From: an uncultured Bacteroidia bacterium
GTDB taxonomy: Bacteria; Bacteroidota; Bacteroidia; NS11-12g; UBA9320
Reading direction: 5' to 3'
Assembly: GCA_943846675.1 (NCBI GenBank)
Contig: OX044357.1
Span: 1,408,500 to 1,472,499, forward strand
Length of the DNA stretch: 64,000 nucleotides
Positions 40,779 to 48,991 of the stretch are shown here, in pieces (within the stretch, counting starts at the first letter, position 1; every line of letters begins with the position of its first letter). A program made the translations under genes and the position numbers. The notes below the pieces were generated by a model that did not search any database, was not told the DNA's origin, and was given only the letters and a program-made list of their open reading frames with translations.

Positions 40779-40962
40779 TTTCTTTAGGTTTAATTTTAAT
40801 ACTATTCTGTTGTGCTCTTCTCGTAACGGCTGCGGAAACTGCTACTCCTATGAGTAGAACTCCGCCGACGATTATGAATTTTAACCAAGGATTTGATCCT
40901 GGTTGTGAATTTGTCCCCGAATTAAATCCGGGTAAGTTTTCTATTGGTGTTGGTACATTCAT
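40759..40962 (-). CDS. small single-TM protein
   Basis: WLKFIIVGGVLLIGVAVSAAV; ATGA overlap with the upstream gene. Confidence 0.6.
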   Translation of the reverse strand: MNVPTPIENLPGFNSGTNSQPGSNPWLKFIIVGGVLLIGVAVSAAVTRRAQQNSIKIKPKENENGKD

Positions 40963-41402
40963 CGTTTTTTAATTTTTATTTTAAGAACTTCATTTCTCGC
41001 GTATATGCGATACATATATCTATAAGTAATATGATACTCTTTTTCATTATGGTTAATTCTTCCGATGTGATAACCAGATTTGAAACCATCAGCTTTAAGG
41101 ACATCATAAAACCTTTCAATTTCATCCTGTCTCTTCTCGCTATTAAAATGTCTTTCTAGAACGTTGTCATTCTTCAGTAGTATTTTTTCATCTCTTATTC
41201 TGTGTCTATTCTTGGACTTTCTCTTTCCGTGGTTGTAAGCAAAGTCAGCATGCTGCTTGTTTAAATAAATATTATCACTTCTACTAGGATAGAATGAATA
41301 GCCGCAACCACATTCACATTCTCTAGCGGAAATCGGTCTTGGTAGAGGTGTGCTTCCCTTAGGATCTAGTATTTCTTCTATTTCTATATTGTTTGGCTCC
41401 AT
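40959..41402 (-). CDS. Zn-ribbon-containing hypothetical protein
   Basis: CECGC...RSD...KNDNVLE...GF pattern of a common Bacteroidota mobile-element family. Confidence 0.7.
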   Translation of the reverse strand: MEPNNIEIEEILDPKGSTPLPRPISARECECGCGYSFYPSRSDNIYLNKQHADFAYNHGKRKSKNRHRIRDEKILLKNDNVLERHFNSEKRQDEIERFYDVLKADGFKSGYHIGRINHNEKEYHITYRYMYRIYARNEVLKIKIKKR

Positions 41403-41451
41403 TGTAATGAAAATATTACTATATTTGACAAATATAATAATTATTACGCAT

Positions 41452-42402
41452 ATGTCAGAACGAATAAATATTTTAAATCAGGAAGAGTTGGAGTACCTCA
41501 ACAGTTCTGAATATAAATTCGAATATCCAGGTCTTAGAAATGCTATGGACGTTCCCAGATTTACAATAAGTGATTTAGGGGTTACGGCAAGAGATGCAAC
41601 GTATTGGTCAAAGAAAGAAATTCTGCCTGAAGTCAAAGGCGGAAATACAACAAGGAGAAAATATACTTTAAAGCAAGCTCTATGGATAAAGCTAATTCAG
41701 CAACTAAGGTCTTTTGATATTTCACTTAACCAAATCAAAAAAATAAAGGATCATTTATTAACCTCAGATGTTAATATAAAGGAGCTGATGGAAAATGAGC
41801 AAGTGAATATTATACTCGAAAGATTGGTTGATAAAGATGGTCAGCTTGAAGAATATAAAAAATTAATGAAAGACCCTTCTTTTCTTAAAGAATTAGAAGG
41901 CCAAAATCTTGATGTTTTTGAGATGATGGTATTATATACAATTATATTCAGAAGGGATGTAAGCTACATAGTGACAGTCGATGGTTATGGCCTCCCATAT
42001 GTCTTTGATAAACATGAGATCATGAAAAAGAACTTTCCGGAGTTCGAGTTATTAATGAAAAGCCCTCATATCGTCCTTTCATTATCTCAAGCATATAGTC
42101 AGTTAATCCAGGATTGGAGTGAGAAAAAATGGTTTAATGAAGTGTCTATTGTTTCAAAGGATGAGAAAAAAATACTTGGTCTGATGCGGGATAAAACGAC
42201 CAAAGAATTGAGAATAATGAAGAATAAGGATGAGATAGACAGAGTAATCCTTATTAAGGACAAATCCATTAACGCCATAGAAGAGTTTGCTAATCACATC
42301 GTAAGAAACGGTTATCAGACAATTACGATTAGCACACGTCAAGGCAAGCCGGTCCATTTCAAAAATGAAGTATCTATTAAACTAAAGAACATACCGGAAT
42401 AA
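41452..42402 (+). CDS. MerR-type HTH DNA-binding protein
   Basis: FTISDLGVTARDATYWSKKEIL...RRKYT...LRSFDISLNQIK; TATATTTG at 41420. Confidence 0.75.
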   Translation: MSERINILNQEELEYLNSSEYKFEYPGLRNAMDVPRFTISDLGVTARDATYWSKKEILPEVKGGNTTRRKYTLKQALWIKLIQQLRSFDISLNQIKKIKDHLLTSDVNIKELMENEQVNIILERLVDKDGQLEEYKKLMKDPSFLKELEGQNLDVFEMMVLYTIIFRRDVSYIVTVDGYGLPYVFDKHEIMKKNFPEFELLMKSPHIVLSLSQAYSQLIQDWSEKKWFNEVSIVSKDEKKILGLMRDKTTKELRIMKNKDEIDRVILIKDKSINAIEEFANHIVRNGYQTITISTRQGKPVHFKNEVSIKLKNIPE

Positions 42403-42464
42403 CCGGACAATTGATCTCCGCTTTCAGCACCGAAGAACGGACGTAAAGCACATGGGGAATAAAT

Positions 42465-42653
42465 GTGAAAACAACTAACCAAATTAAAAGTGAACTTACA
42501 AATGATAAAAGAACACTAGAAAAAAGAAGAGAGGTAAAAGAGAAATTAAAAGTGCTTGGTGAAACAGAAGAGAACACCGAACGAATACTCACGTCAATTG
42601 AGTGTTATTGTCAACTGGTGTTGCAATCAATAAAAAAGAGTGAATATGGATAA
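42465..42653 (+). CDS. small basic coiled-coil protein upstream of the recombinase
   Basis: 62 aa, overlaps the recombinase start. Confidence 0.5.
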   Translation: MKTTNQIKSELTNDKRTLEKRREVKEKLKVLGETEENTERILTSIECYCQLVLQSIKKSEYG

Positions 42654-44238
42654 ACTAAACGAATTCAAAAAATTTAGCCCTGAGCGGAAAACTCTTGGAG
42701 AAAATAATAATGCAATTATCTATACTCGCGTGTCAACAAAAGAACAAGCGGACACAAACACTAGTCTTGGAACTCAAAAAAGGTATTGCGAAAATTATGC
42801 TAAAGCCAATGGGTTATATGTAGTAGCCTACTTTGGAGGAACCCACGAGTCAGCAAAAAGTGATGATAGAAAGGAGTTTAAAAGAATGCTTAAGTATGTC
42901 AAGCAAAGTGGCTCTATAGGTTACATTATTGTTTATTCATACGATCGGTTTTCAAGAACAGGATCTAGTGCATCTCAAATTACTCATGAATTACTCGATC
43001 AAGGAATTCAAGTTAAAGCTGTCACTCAAGAGGTTGATGCAACTTCGGCTTCAGGTAAATTCCAACAAAATCTATTCTATATGTTCAGTCAATTTGACAA
43101 CGAACTGAGAAGAGATAAGACAATCACTGCAATGAGTGACTTATTACGAAAAGGCTATTGGCTTTGGAATCCTCCGGTAGGCTATATTAACCAGAAAAAA
43201 TATCATAAAGCCGTGGAATGGGATATTGTGATTGATGAGAACGGAAAACAATTGAAGAAAGCTTTTAAGTGGAGATTGAAAAATACCTACTCGAATGTAG
43301 AAATAGTGCGAAGGCTGAATGCAGCAGGAATGATGATAAATGAAAAGCGCTTGCATGAGATTTTTAAGAATCCTTTTTATTGCGGAATCCTTGTCTGTAA
43401 AATGTTACCCGGAGAGATAATTGAAGGAAAGCACAAGCCTATTGTATCTAAAGAGGATTTTTTAATAATCAACTCTGAAAGAACACCCCAACTGAAAGAA
43501 TATAAAACGGATAACGATCAACTTCCTTTAAAGCAATTCGTTTATTGTGAGGCTTGCAAAACACCTTTGACGGGTTTTCTTGTCAAGCAAAAAGGGTTGT
43601 ATTATTATAAATGCAGAACCAAAGGATGCAGCTGCAACAAGTCTGCGAAACATCTACACGAGCAGTTTGAAAAGAAATTAAGTAGTTATCAAGTCGATTC
43701 TAAATATGTGGATATAATCAAAGAGGTAATGATTTACACGTATGATTCTGTAACTAAAGAAATAAGAGAGAATGAAGCAAATGTAAAGAAGCAATTGAGC
43801 CTGCTAAAGTCTAAAATTGATACCATAGAAGAACGCTTTGCAATTGGAGAAATTGACAATGAAATCTACAAGAAATTTAAAACTAAATATGAAGCGGAAG
43901 AAAAGAAGTTAGAGTCAAATTTATTCAGTTCTACAGTTTCGAGTTCGAACCTTCAAATAGCAATAGATAAAGCATTAAAAATGTCTTCCAACCTCAGTGA
44001 ATTATGGACTTCTGGAGATTTATCTCAAAAGAAGAAAATACAAAGTTTAGTGTTTCCATCCGGAATAGGTTACGACAAGTTAAAAGGCAAAGTTCAAACC
44101 AAAAGAGTTAACTCTATTTTCTCATCTATTCCACTATTGACAAAGGATTTGGATAAAATAAAAAGCGGAGAACCAGTTGATTTCAACCAATTCTCCGCAA
44201 GAGTGACCCTGCCAGGATTCAAACCTGGAACCTTCTGA
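42640..44238 (+). CDS. large serine recombinase (integrase)
   Basis: IIYTRVSTKEQ catalytic Ser; YDRFSR; recombinase domain; CEAC...CRTKGC Zn ribbon; coiled coil. Confidence 0.95.
   Translation: MNMDKLNEFKKFSPERKTLGENNNAIIYTRVSTKEQADTNTSLGTQKRYCENYAKANGLYVVAYFGGTHESAKSDDRKEFKRMLKYVKQSGSIGYIIVYSYDRFSRTGSSASQITHELLDQGIQVKAVTQEVDATSASGKFQQNLFYMFSQFDNELRRDKTITAMSDLLRKGYWLWNPPVGYINQKKYHKAVEWDIVIDENGKQLKKAFKWRLKNTYSNVEIVRRLNAAGMMINEKRLHEIFKNPFYCGILVCKMLPGEIIEGKHKPIVSKEDFLIINSERTPQLKEYKTDNDQLPLKQFVYCEACKTPLTGFLVKQKGLYYYKCRTKGCSCNKSAKHLHEQFEKKLSSYQVDSKYVDIIKEVMIYTYDSVTKEIRENEANVKKQLSLLKSKIDTIEERFAIGEIDNEIYKKFKTKYEAEEKKLESNLFSSTVSSSNLQIAIDKALKMSSNLSELWTSGDLSQKKKIQSLVFPSGIGYDKLKGKVQTKRVNSIFSSIPLLTKDLDKIKSGEPVDFNQFSARVTLPGFKPGTF
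44165..44198 (-). terminator. island-encoded replacement terminator for tRNA-Arg, inside the recombinase CDS
   Basis: GCGGAGAA..GTTGA / TCAAC..TTCTCCGC hairpin, T-run on the minus strand. Confidence 0.6.
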
Positions 44239-44277
44239 TCCGTAGTCAGATACTCTATTCAGTTGAGCTACAGGGCC
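44204..44277 (-). tRNA. tRNA-Arg (ACG)
   Basis: GGCCCTGTAGCTCAACTGAATAGAGTATCTGACTACGGATCAGAAGGTTCCAGGTTTGAATCCTGGCAGGGTCA cloverleaf; TATCTTTG promoter at 44290-44297. Confidence 0.96.
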
Positions 44278-44433
44278 GATTAAGGGGTGCAAAGATAAAA
44301 CGGTTTATATAATTATCTAACGTTTTTGTCCATTTGATTTAATTTTATGCCTTATCGTAAAATTCATATAACAATTCGATTTAGATTGATTATAATGTGA
44401 TGCCTTCTATATCTTTGTTAGCAATCCGAAAAA

Positions 44434-46821
44434 ATGAGAAAACACATTTTGTTTTGGTTATTAATAACCAGCTATAACATAATTCAGGCACAAACGGAAC
44501 ATCACTTTTCAGGGTTTGTGACTTCCGAAACAACAGATAATTCCTTGTCCAATTTACGCGTTTGGATCCCTGCAGATTCCATCGAGTCGGCAACAAATGC
44601 TTTTGGCTTTTTTAATCTGATAACATCCAAAGATTCGTTTACGGCGTATATGGAAAAACCGGGCTACGAAAGAAGAGAAATGCAGGTCGTGTTTCAAGAA
44701 AATGGTGCAACATTGGTTGTGCCGATCTTTAGAAACCCTGGTTTGTCAACCAAACTACTCCGTTTTGATGCAGATGAAAATGGGAATTTTAATCTAAACC
44801 TAGTCCCAATTTTTAATACCGAATTCACACATTATACACCGAGTTCTTCCACAAATCATGAAATAACAGATGTAGAGTCAGACAAGATTGTAATGACAAA
44901 AGCAGAGTTAGATGCTCTTCCATTCATATTTTCTGAACCAGATGTTTCTAAAGCCTTACAGGTTAACGCAGGTGTAGAGTTTGCTTCTGATGGCTATAGT
45001 GATATGACCGTTCGTGGCGGTGGACTTGGACAAAATCAGATTCTTTTAAATGGAGCACCAGTATATAGCCTCGGTCACTTCGAAGGATATATATCGAATT
45101 TTAGCAGCGCAACTGCCGAAGAGGTTGTGTTGTACAAAGCGGCTTTCCCAGCGCGTTTTGGTGGACGTTTATCCAGTGTGATGGACGTTAAATCAACAGC
45201 CGGCAATGCACAAGAGGCTGAAGCGGATATTGCCATAAGTCCTGTTTTGGGTAATTTTAAAGTGGGGTTACCGCTGGGTAATGGCAATTCTTTGGGTATT
45301 ACGTTCAGACGGTCGTACATCGATCTTTTATTAGATGTGGCTGATCAAGAATTGTTTTATAGAGATTTTAGCGGAAAGCTAGATCTTAACTTAAATCCTA
45401 AGAATAAATTAACCCTTAGTTATTACAGCTTAAAAGATAAAATTAAGGTTTCTGGGTCAGAATTTAACGACACCAACACAAGTGTTAAAGAGCTGGATTT
45501 TACGTTTGATATAACGGTGAAAAATCAAACAACATCGGCTGATTGGCTGCATATATTTGATAAAAAAACAACGGCTACTTTCACGGCCTATTATACCAAC
45601 TATTCTAACGGCATAACCTTAAGCGAAACGGACTATACCGCACCAATTGGCTCAAACGCAATTAGTGATTATACCGTGCGTTTTTCCGCTGGAGAAGTTG
45701 GCGCTCAAGCAGATTTTGAGCATAGAAAGAACAAAAAAGTGGTGCTTCGTTACGGGCTTCAAAATAGACTTCATTTAAACAACTCGGGTTCGCTTGTAGA
45801 CAAACGGTATACCATTGACGGAGATTTAATCACAGACGATCAATATGGAGATACGGTTATCCAAACAGGTATAGAAACATCATTATACATAGAAGACGAG
45901 TACACGTATAACGACAAACTGGCTTTTAACGCAGGAATGCGCGCCACGGTGTATTCATACCATAATTTTACACGGGTTTATCCAGAACCGAGGTTCTCAG
46001 GTCGATACTTGGTTTCACCAACATCGTCAGTAAAATTCTCTTACTCAAGAATGCATCAGTTTATGCATTTGTACAATACCGACGGAACTGCTACCGATAA
46101 TTTTGTCGTCTACCTTCCTGCTAGTGAGAAATTGAAGCCGCAAACCAGTGACATTATATCATTGGGCTACCATACAAAACCCGGTAAACGAACCAGATTC
46201 TCGAGTGAAGCCTATTATAAAATTTTGTCTAATCAACCCATTTTTTATGCGGCAGACCTATTTGATAGAGACGATATGGAAGCCAATTCACTTGTTGGTG
46301 ATGGAGCAGTTATTGGAATTGAAAATAGCTTCAAGTATGTTGGAGACAATACAATTTTTTGGGCAAGTGCGACATTCTCAAATGCCACCAGAAAATACGC
46401 TGAGCTCAATAGGGGAGAGTCATTTTCTTTTGACTACGACAGACGTGTTATAGGTAAAATCGGGTACATCGTTAACCTTGAAAATTTTGTATTCTCAGTA
46501 ATAGGCGTCGGAGCGACTGGAAATCCATTTACGCTGCCAACGTCAAAGTATCGTGATTTAGACGGTGATGTGGTATTGGCCTACGACGAGATTAACAATT
46601 ATAGGTCTACGTATCATGCCCGACTCGATGCGAAGTTTGAATGGCACTTTTCCGACGAAGTCCAAAGCTTAGAATTAAGCGTATATAACTTGTTGGGTAC
46701 CCGTAATGTGCAATCCATCTTTAGTGAGCGAGACGACACCACAACCAATTATAAGTACACCGCATATACAAGGTCGAGTTATTCTTTTCTTCCATTTCTA
46801 ACCTACCGTGTCAATATCTAA
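44434..46821 (+). CDS. TonB-dependent receptor
   Basis: Plug VRGG..QNQILLNG; FPARFGGRLSSV; C-terminal barrel. Confidence 0.88.
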   Translation: MRKHILFWLLITSYNIIQAQTEHHFSGFVTSETTDNSLSNLRVWIPADSIESATNAFGFFNLITSKDSFTAYMEKPGYERREMQVVFQENGATLVVPIFRNPGLSTKLLRFDADENGNFNLNLVPIFNTEFTHYTPSSSTNHEITDVESDKIVMTKAELDALPFIFSEPDVSKALQVNAGVEFASDGYSDMTVRGGGLGQNQILLNGAPVYSLGHFEGYISNFSSATAEEVVLYKAAFPARFGGRLSSVMDVKSTAGNAQEAEADIAISPVLGNFKVGLPLGNGNSLGITFRRSYIDLLLDVADQELFYRDFSGKLDLNLNPKNKLTLSYYSLKDKIKVSGSEFNDTNTSVKELDFTFDITVKNQTTSADWLHIFDKKTTATFTAYYTNYSNGITLSETDYTAPIGSNAISDYTVRFSAGEVGAQADFEHRKNKKVVLRYGLQNRLHLNNSGSLVDKRYTIDGDLITDDQYGDTVIQTGIETSLYIEDEYTYNDKLAFNAGMRATVYSYHNFTRVYPEPRFSGRYLVSPTSSVKFSYSRMHQFMHLYNTDGTATDNFVVYLPASEKLKPQTSDIISLGYHTKPGKRTRFSSEAYYKILSNQPIFYAADLFDRDDMEANSLVGDGAVIGIENSFKYVGDNTIFWASATFSNATRKYAELNRGESFSFDYDRRVIGKIGYIVNLENFVFSVIGVGATGNPFTLPTSKYRDLDGDVVLAYDEINNYRSTYHARLDAKFEWHFSDEVQSLELSVYNLLGTRNVQSIFSERDDTTTNYKYTAYTRSSYSFLPFLTYRVNI

Positions 46822-46823
46822 TC

Positions 46824-47717
46824 ATGAAACAAACAATCAAAATACTTACGTTTATCGTTCTGATTGGCATATTGCAATCATGTAGCAACGATCAACCCAT
46901 ACCACAAGGTCAATTACCAAGTTTCCAACCTAAACTGGTTGTAAACAGTTCGTTGAATAACCTGGAACCCATTCATATTAAAATAAGCGACAATGCCGGT
47001 GCTTACACCAACGATTTGCCTTTAGACTATAGCGACGTGACCATATTACTCAAAGCCGACGGAAGCACTGTTTCTACCACATATGATGCGGCTAGCAAAA
47101 GTTTCTTGTCAAACCAATCAGCGATTTCTGGAAAATCCTATACTATTGAGGTTCAGGATAATGCAGGAGAAAGGCCAACGGTTTTCGCTCGGAGCTTTAT
47201 TCCACTTGAAGTAGGAAATAAATCAATTGGTTATATCGAGAATGGCGGTACTGACATGGATGGGCGACCTTCCGATCTAATTTCTATTGAGTGGACGGAC
47301 CAAGCAGGAAGTAACTATTACATGCTTCATTTTTATTACTATAGCGAAACAGCAGACCTGTTTATTCCTTTTGAATTTCAGATCAATGATGCCTCTCTAA
47401 AAGCACCAGAAACGATGAAGTTAAATGATGGAGGATTCCTGTTTAATGATGTTTTATTTAACGGACAAACCAAGAAGATCGAGGCTGTGCCACCAGGAGG
47501 ATTGGTAGCTGCAAACTCCGATGTGCTGTACTTGATCGAATTGCGTTCAGTGACGCGAGACTTCTACAATTATTACAAGACGTTACAGCAATACCGCGAT
47601 AGGGATGATTTGCAACAAGCTGGCCCGTTTGGTAGTGCGGTTATTGTGCATAGCAATATCATCAACGGATTAGGAGCCTTTATCGCGTCCAATGTTGAAA
47701 GTGATACCATACGGTAA
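46824..47717 (+). CDS. DUF4249-like lipoprotein
   Basis: Lipobox LQSC; SNIINGLGAF; follows the TonB receptor. Confidence 0.75.
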   Translation: MKQTIKILTFIVLIGILQSCSNDQPIPQGQLPSFQPKLVVNSSLNNLEPIHIKISDNAGAYTNDLPLDYSDVTILLKADGSTVSTTYDAASKSFLSNQSAISGKSYTIEVQDNAGERPTVFARSFIPLEVGNKSIGYIENGGTDMDGRPSDLISIEWTDQAGSNYYMLHFYYYSETADLFIPFEFQINDASLKAPETMKLNDGGFLFNDVLFNGQTKKIEAVPPGGLVAANSDVLYLIELRSVTRDFYNYYKTLQQYRDRDDLQQAGPFGSAVIVHSNIINGLGAFIASNVESDTIR

Positions 47718-47791
47718 ATGGATTACTTCTAGCACGGTAATGGATATGGTATTGTGCATTAACCTTGTTTCATTTACTGAAAATACGTGCT

Positions 47792-48883
47792 TTACTTATT
47801 CGGGTCCGACCATTTCGGATTATTGAGTAACGAGTCGTCGTTTAAGGTTATTAGAAAAGCAATCAAGTCTCGTTTATCTTGTTCAGTCCATGCTCGCGCA
47901 ACGGGTTTCCTATCCTTTGTGTGTTTTAACAAGTCTAAACTCAATGTTGGAGAAACATGAAATCCCGTATCATAGAAGTCGACAACTTCACGAAGCGTTT
48001 GAAACCGACCATCATGCATATATGGAGCCGTATGTCGTAAATTAAGTAATGACGGCGTTTTGAACTTGCCCGCGTCATTAGGGTCACCAGTTTGACCTCC
48101 TAAACCAGTGTTTTGGCTTGGGTTTTCAATGAGACCATTGTTAAAGAAATCAAAGTTGGTCGTAAAAGTGGTTAATGTGTGGCAGTGAAAACAATCACCT
48201 TTGGTTTCGTCTTGAAAAACCTGTAAGCCACGCTGTTGGACAGGGTTTCTTAAGTCCTTACCTAAGTTTGGCAATGACCTATAATTATAAGAAACGATGC
48301 TGCGCATAAACTGCGCCATGGCCTTAGCCATATTCTCAACCGTTATCGCCGAATCACAAAACGCTTGATAGAACATACTTGGATATTGATCCGAATCTTG
48401 CAGTTTCTTAACTGCTCTGAACACACTTTCGTGCATTTCTACTTCGGATTGAATCGGAAACAAAACAACTTCTTCCAAAGAATTGGCTTTGCCGTCCCAA
48501 AAGTATTTGTCTGCCCATGCAGCATTAGCAATGGGCATGGCTCCACGAGAACCCGCAAATCCATCAATTCCAATACTAAACTTGTTTACATCGGCAAAAG
48601 CTTCTGATTGTAAATGGCACCCAGCACAAGCCAATGTATTGTCACCCGACAACATTTTTTCGTAGAAAAGATGCTTGCCAAGTTCTATCCCTTCAACCGT
48701 CATTGGGTTGTCTTCTGGAATTGGCATTGGTGGGGTTTGAGCAGGAAGAACAACTTCAAATGGCGTTCCACATGATATGAATGGGCTGTTTACGGCTGGA
48801 TCTTTAACACATGATGTTACTAGGAATAACGTTGAAATGAATAGAAATCCGAATAATTTTTGCCGTTTGTCAAGCATCTTCAT
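47792..48883 (-). CDS. di-heme cytochrome c peroxidase (MauG/MbnH-like) lipoprotein
   Basis: CAGCH and CFHCH; FWDG; FKTPSLLN..TAPYMHDG. Confidence 0.88.
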   Translation of the reverse strand: MKMLDKRQKLFGFLFISTLFLVTSCVKDPAVNSPFISCGTPFEVVLPAQTPPMPIPEDNPMTVEGIELGKHLFYEKMLSGDNTLACAGCHLQSEAFADVNKFSIGIDGFAGSRGAMPIANAAWADKYFWDGKANSLEEVVLFPIQSEVEMHESVFRAVKKLQDSDQYPSMFYQAFCDSAITVENMAKAMAQFMRSIVSYNYRSLPNLGKDLRNPVQQRGLQVFQDETKGDCFHCHTLTTFTTNFDFFNNGLIENPSQNTGLGGQTGDPNDAGKFKTPSLLNLRHTAPYMHDGRFQTLREVVDFYDTGFHVSPTLSLDLLKHTKDRKPVARAWTEQDKRDLIAFLITLNDDSLLNNPKWSDPNK

Positions 48884-48991
48884 GCAGTTGTAAAATGAGT
48901 TCAATTTAATTACGGTAAAGATACAATATTGACCCTGATTCGTTGCAGCTACTTTGCAATAATTACTTAACATTGCGCCTCTCAAAAGGGA

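Larger units (their letters stand above)
34500..44208. mobile_element. tRNA-Arg-integrated genomic island mobilised by a large serine recombinase
   Basis: Shared core AGTGACC at 34500-34506 and 44202-44208 with extended similarity (GTGACCtTGgCAGGA vs GTGACCcTGcCAGGA); recombinase at the right end; visibly AT-richer than the flanks. Confidence 0.88.

Noticed and set aside
34500-44208. Prophage or conjugative element
   Set aside because: No structural, terminase, relaxase or T4SS genes
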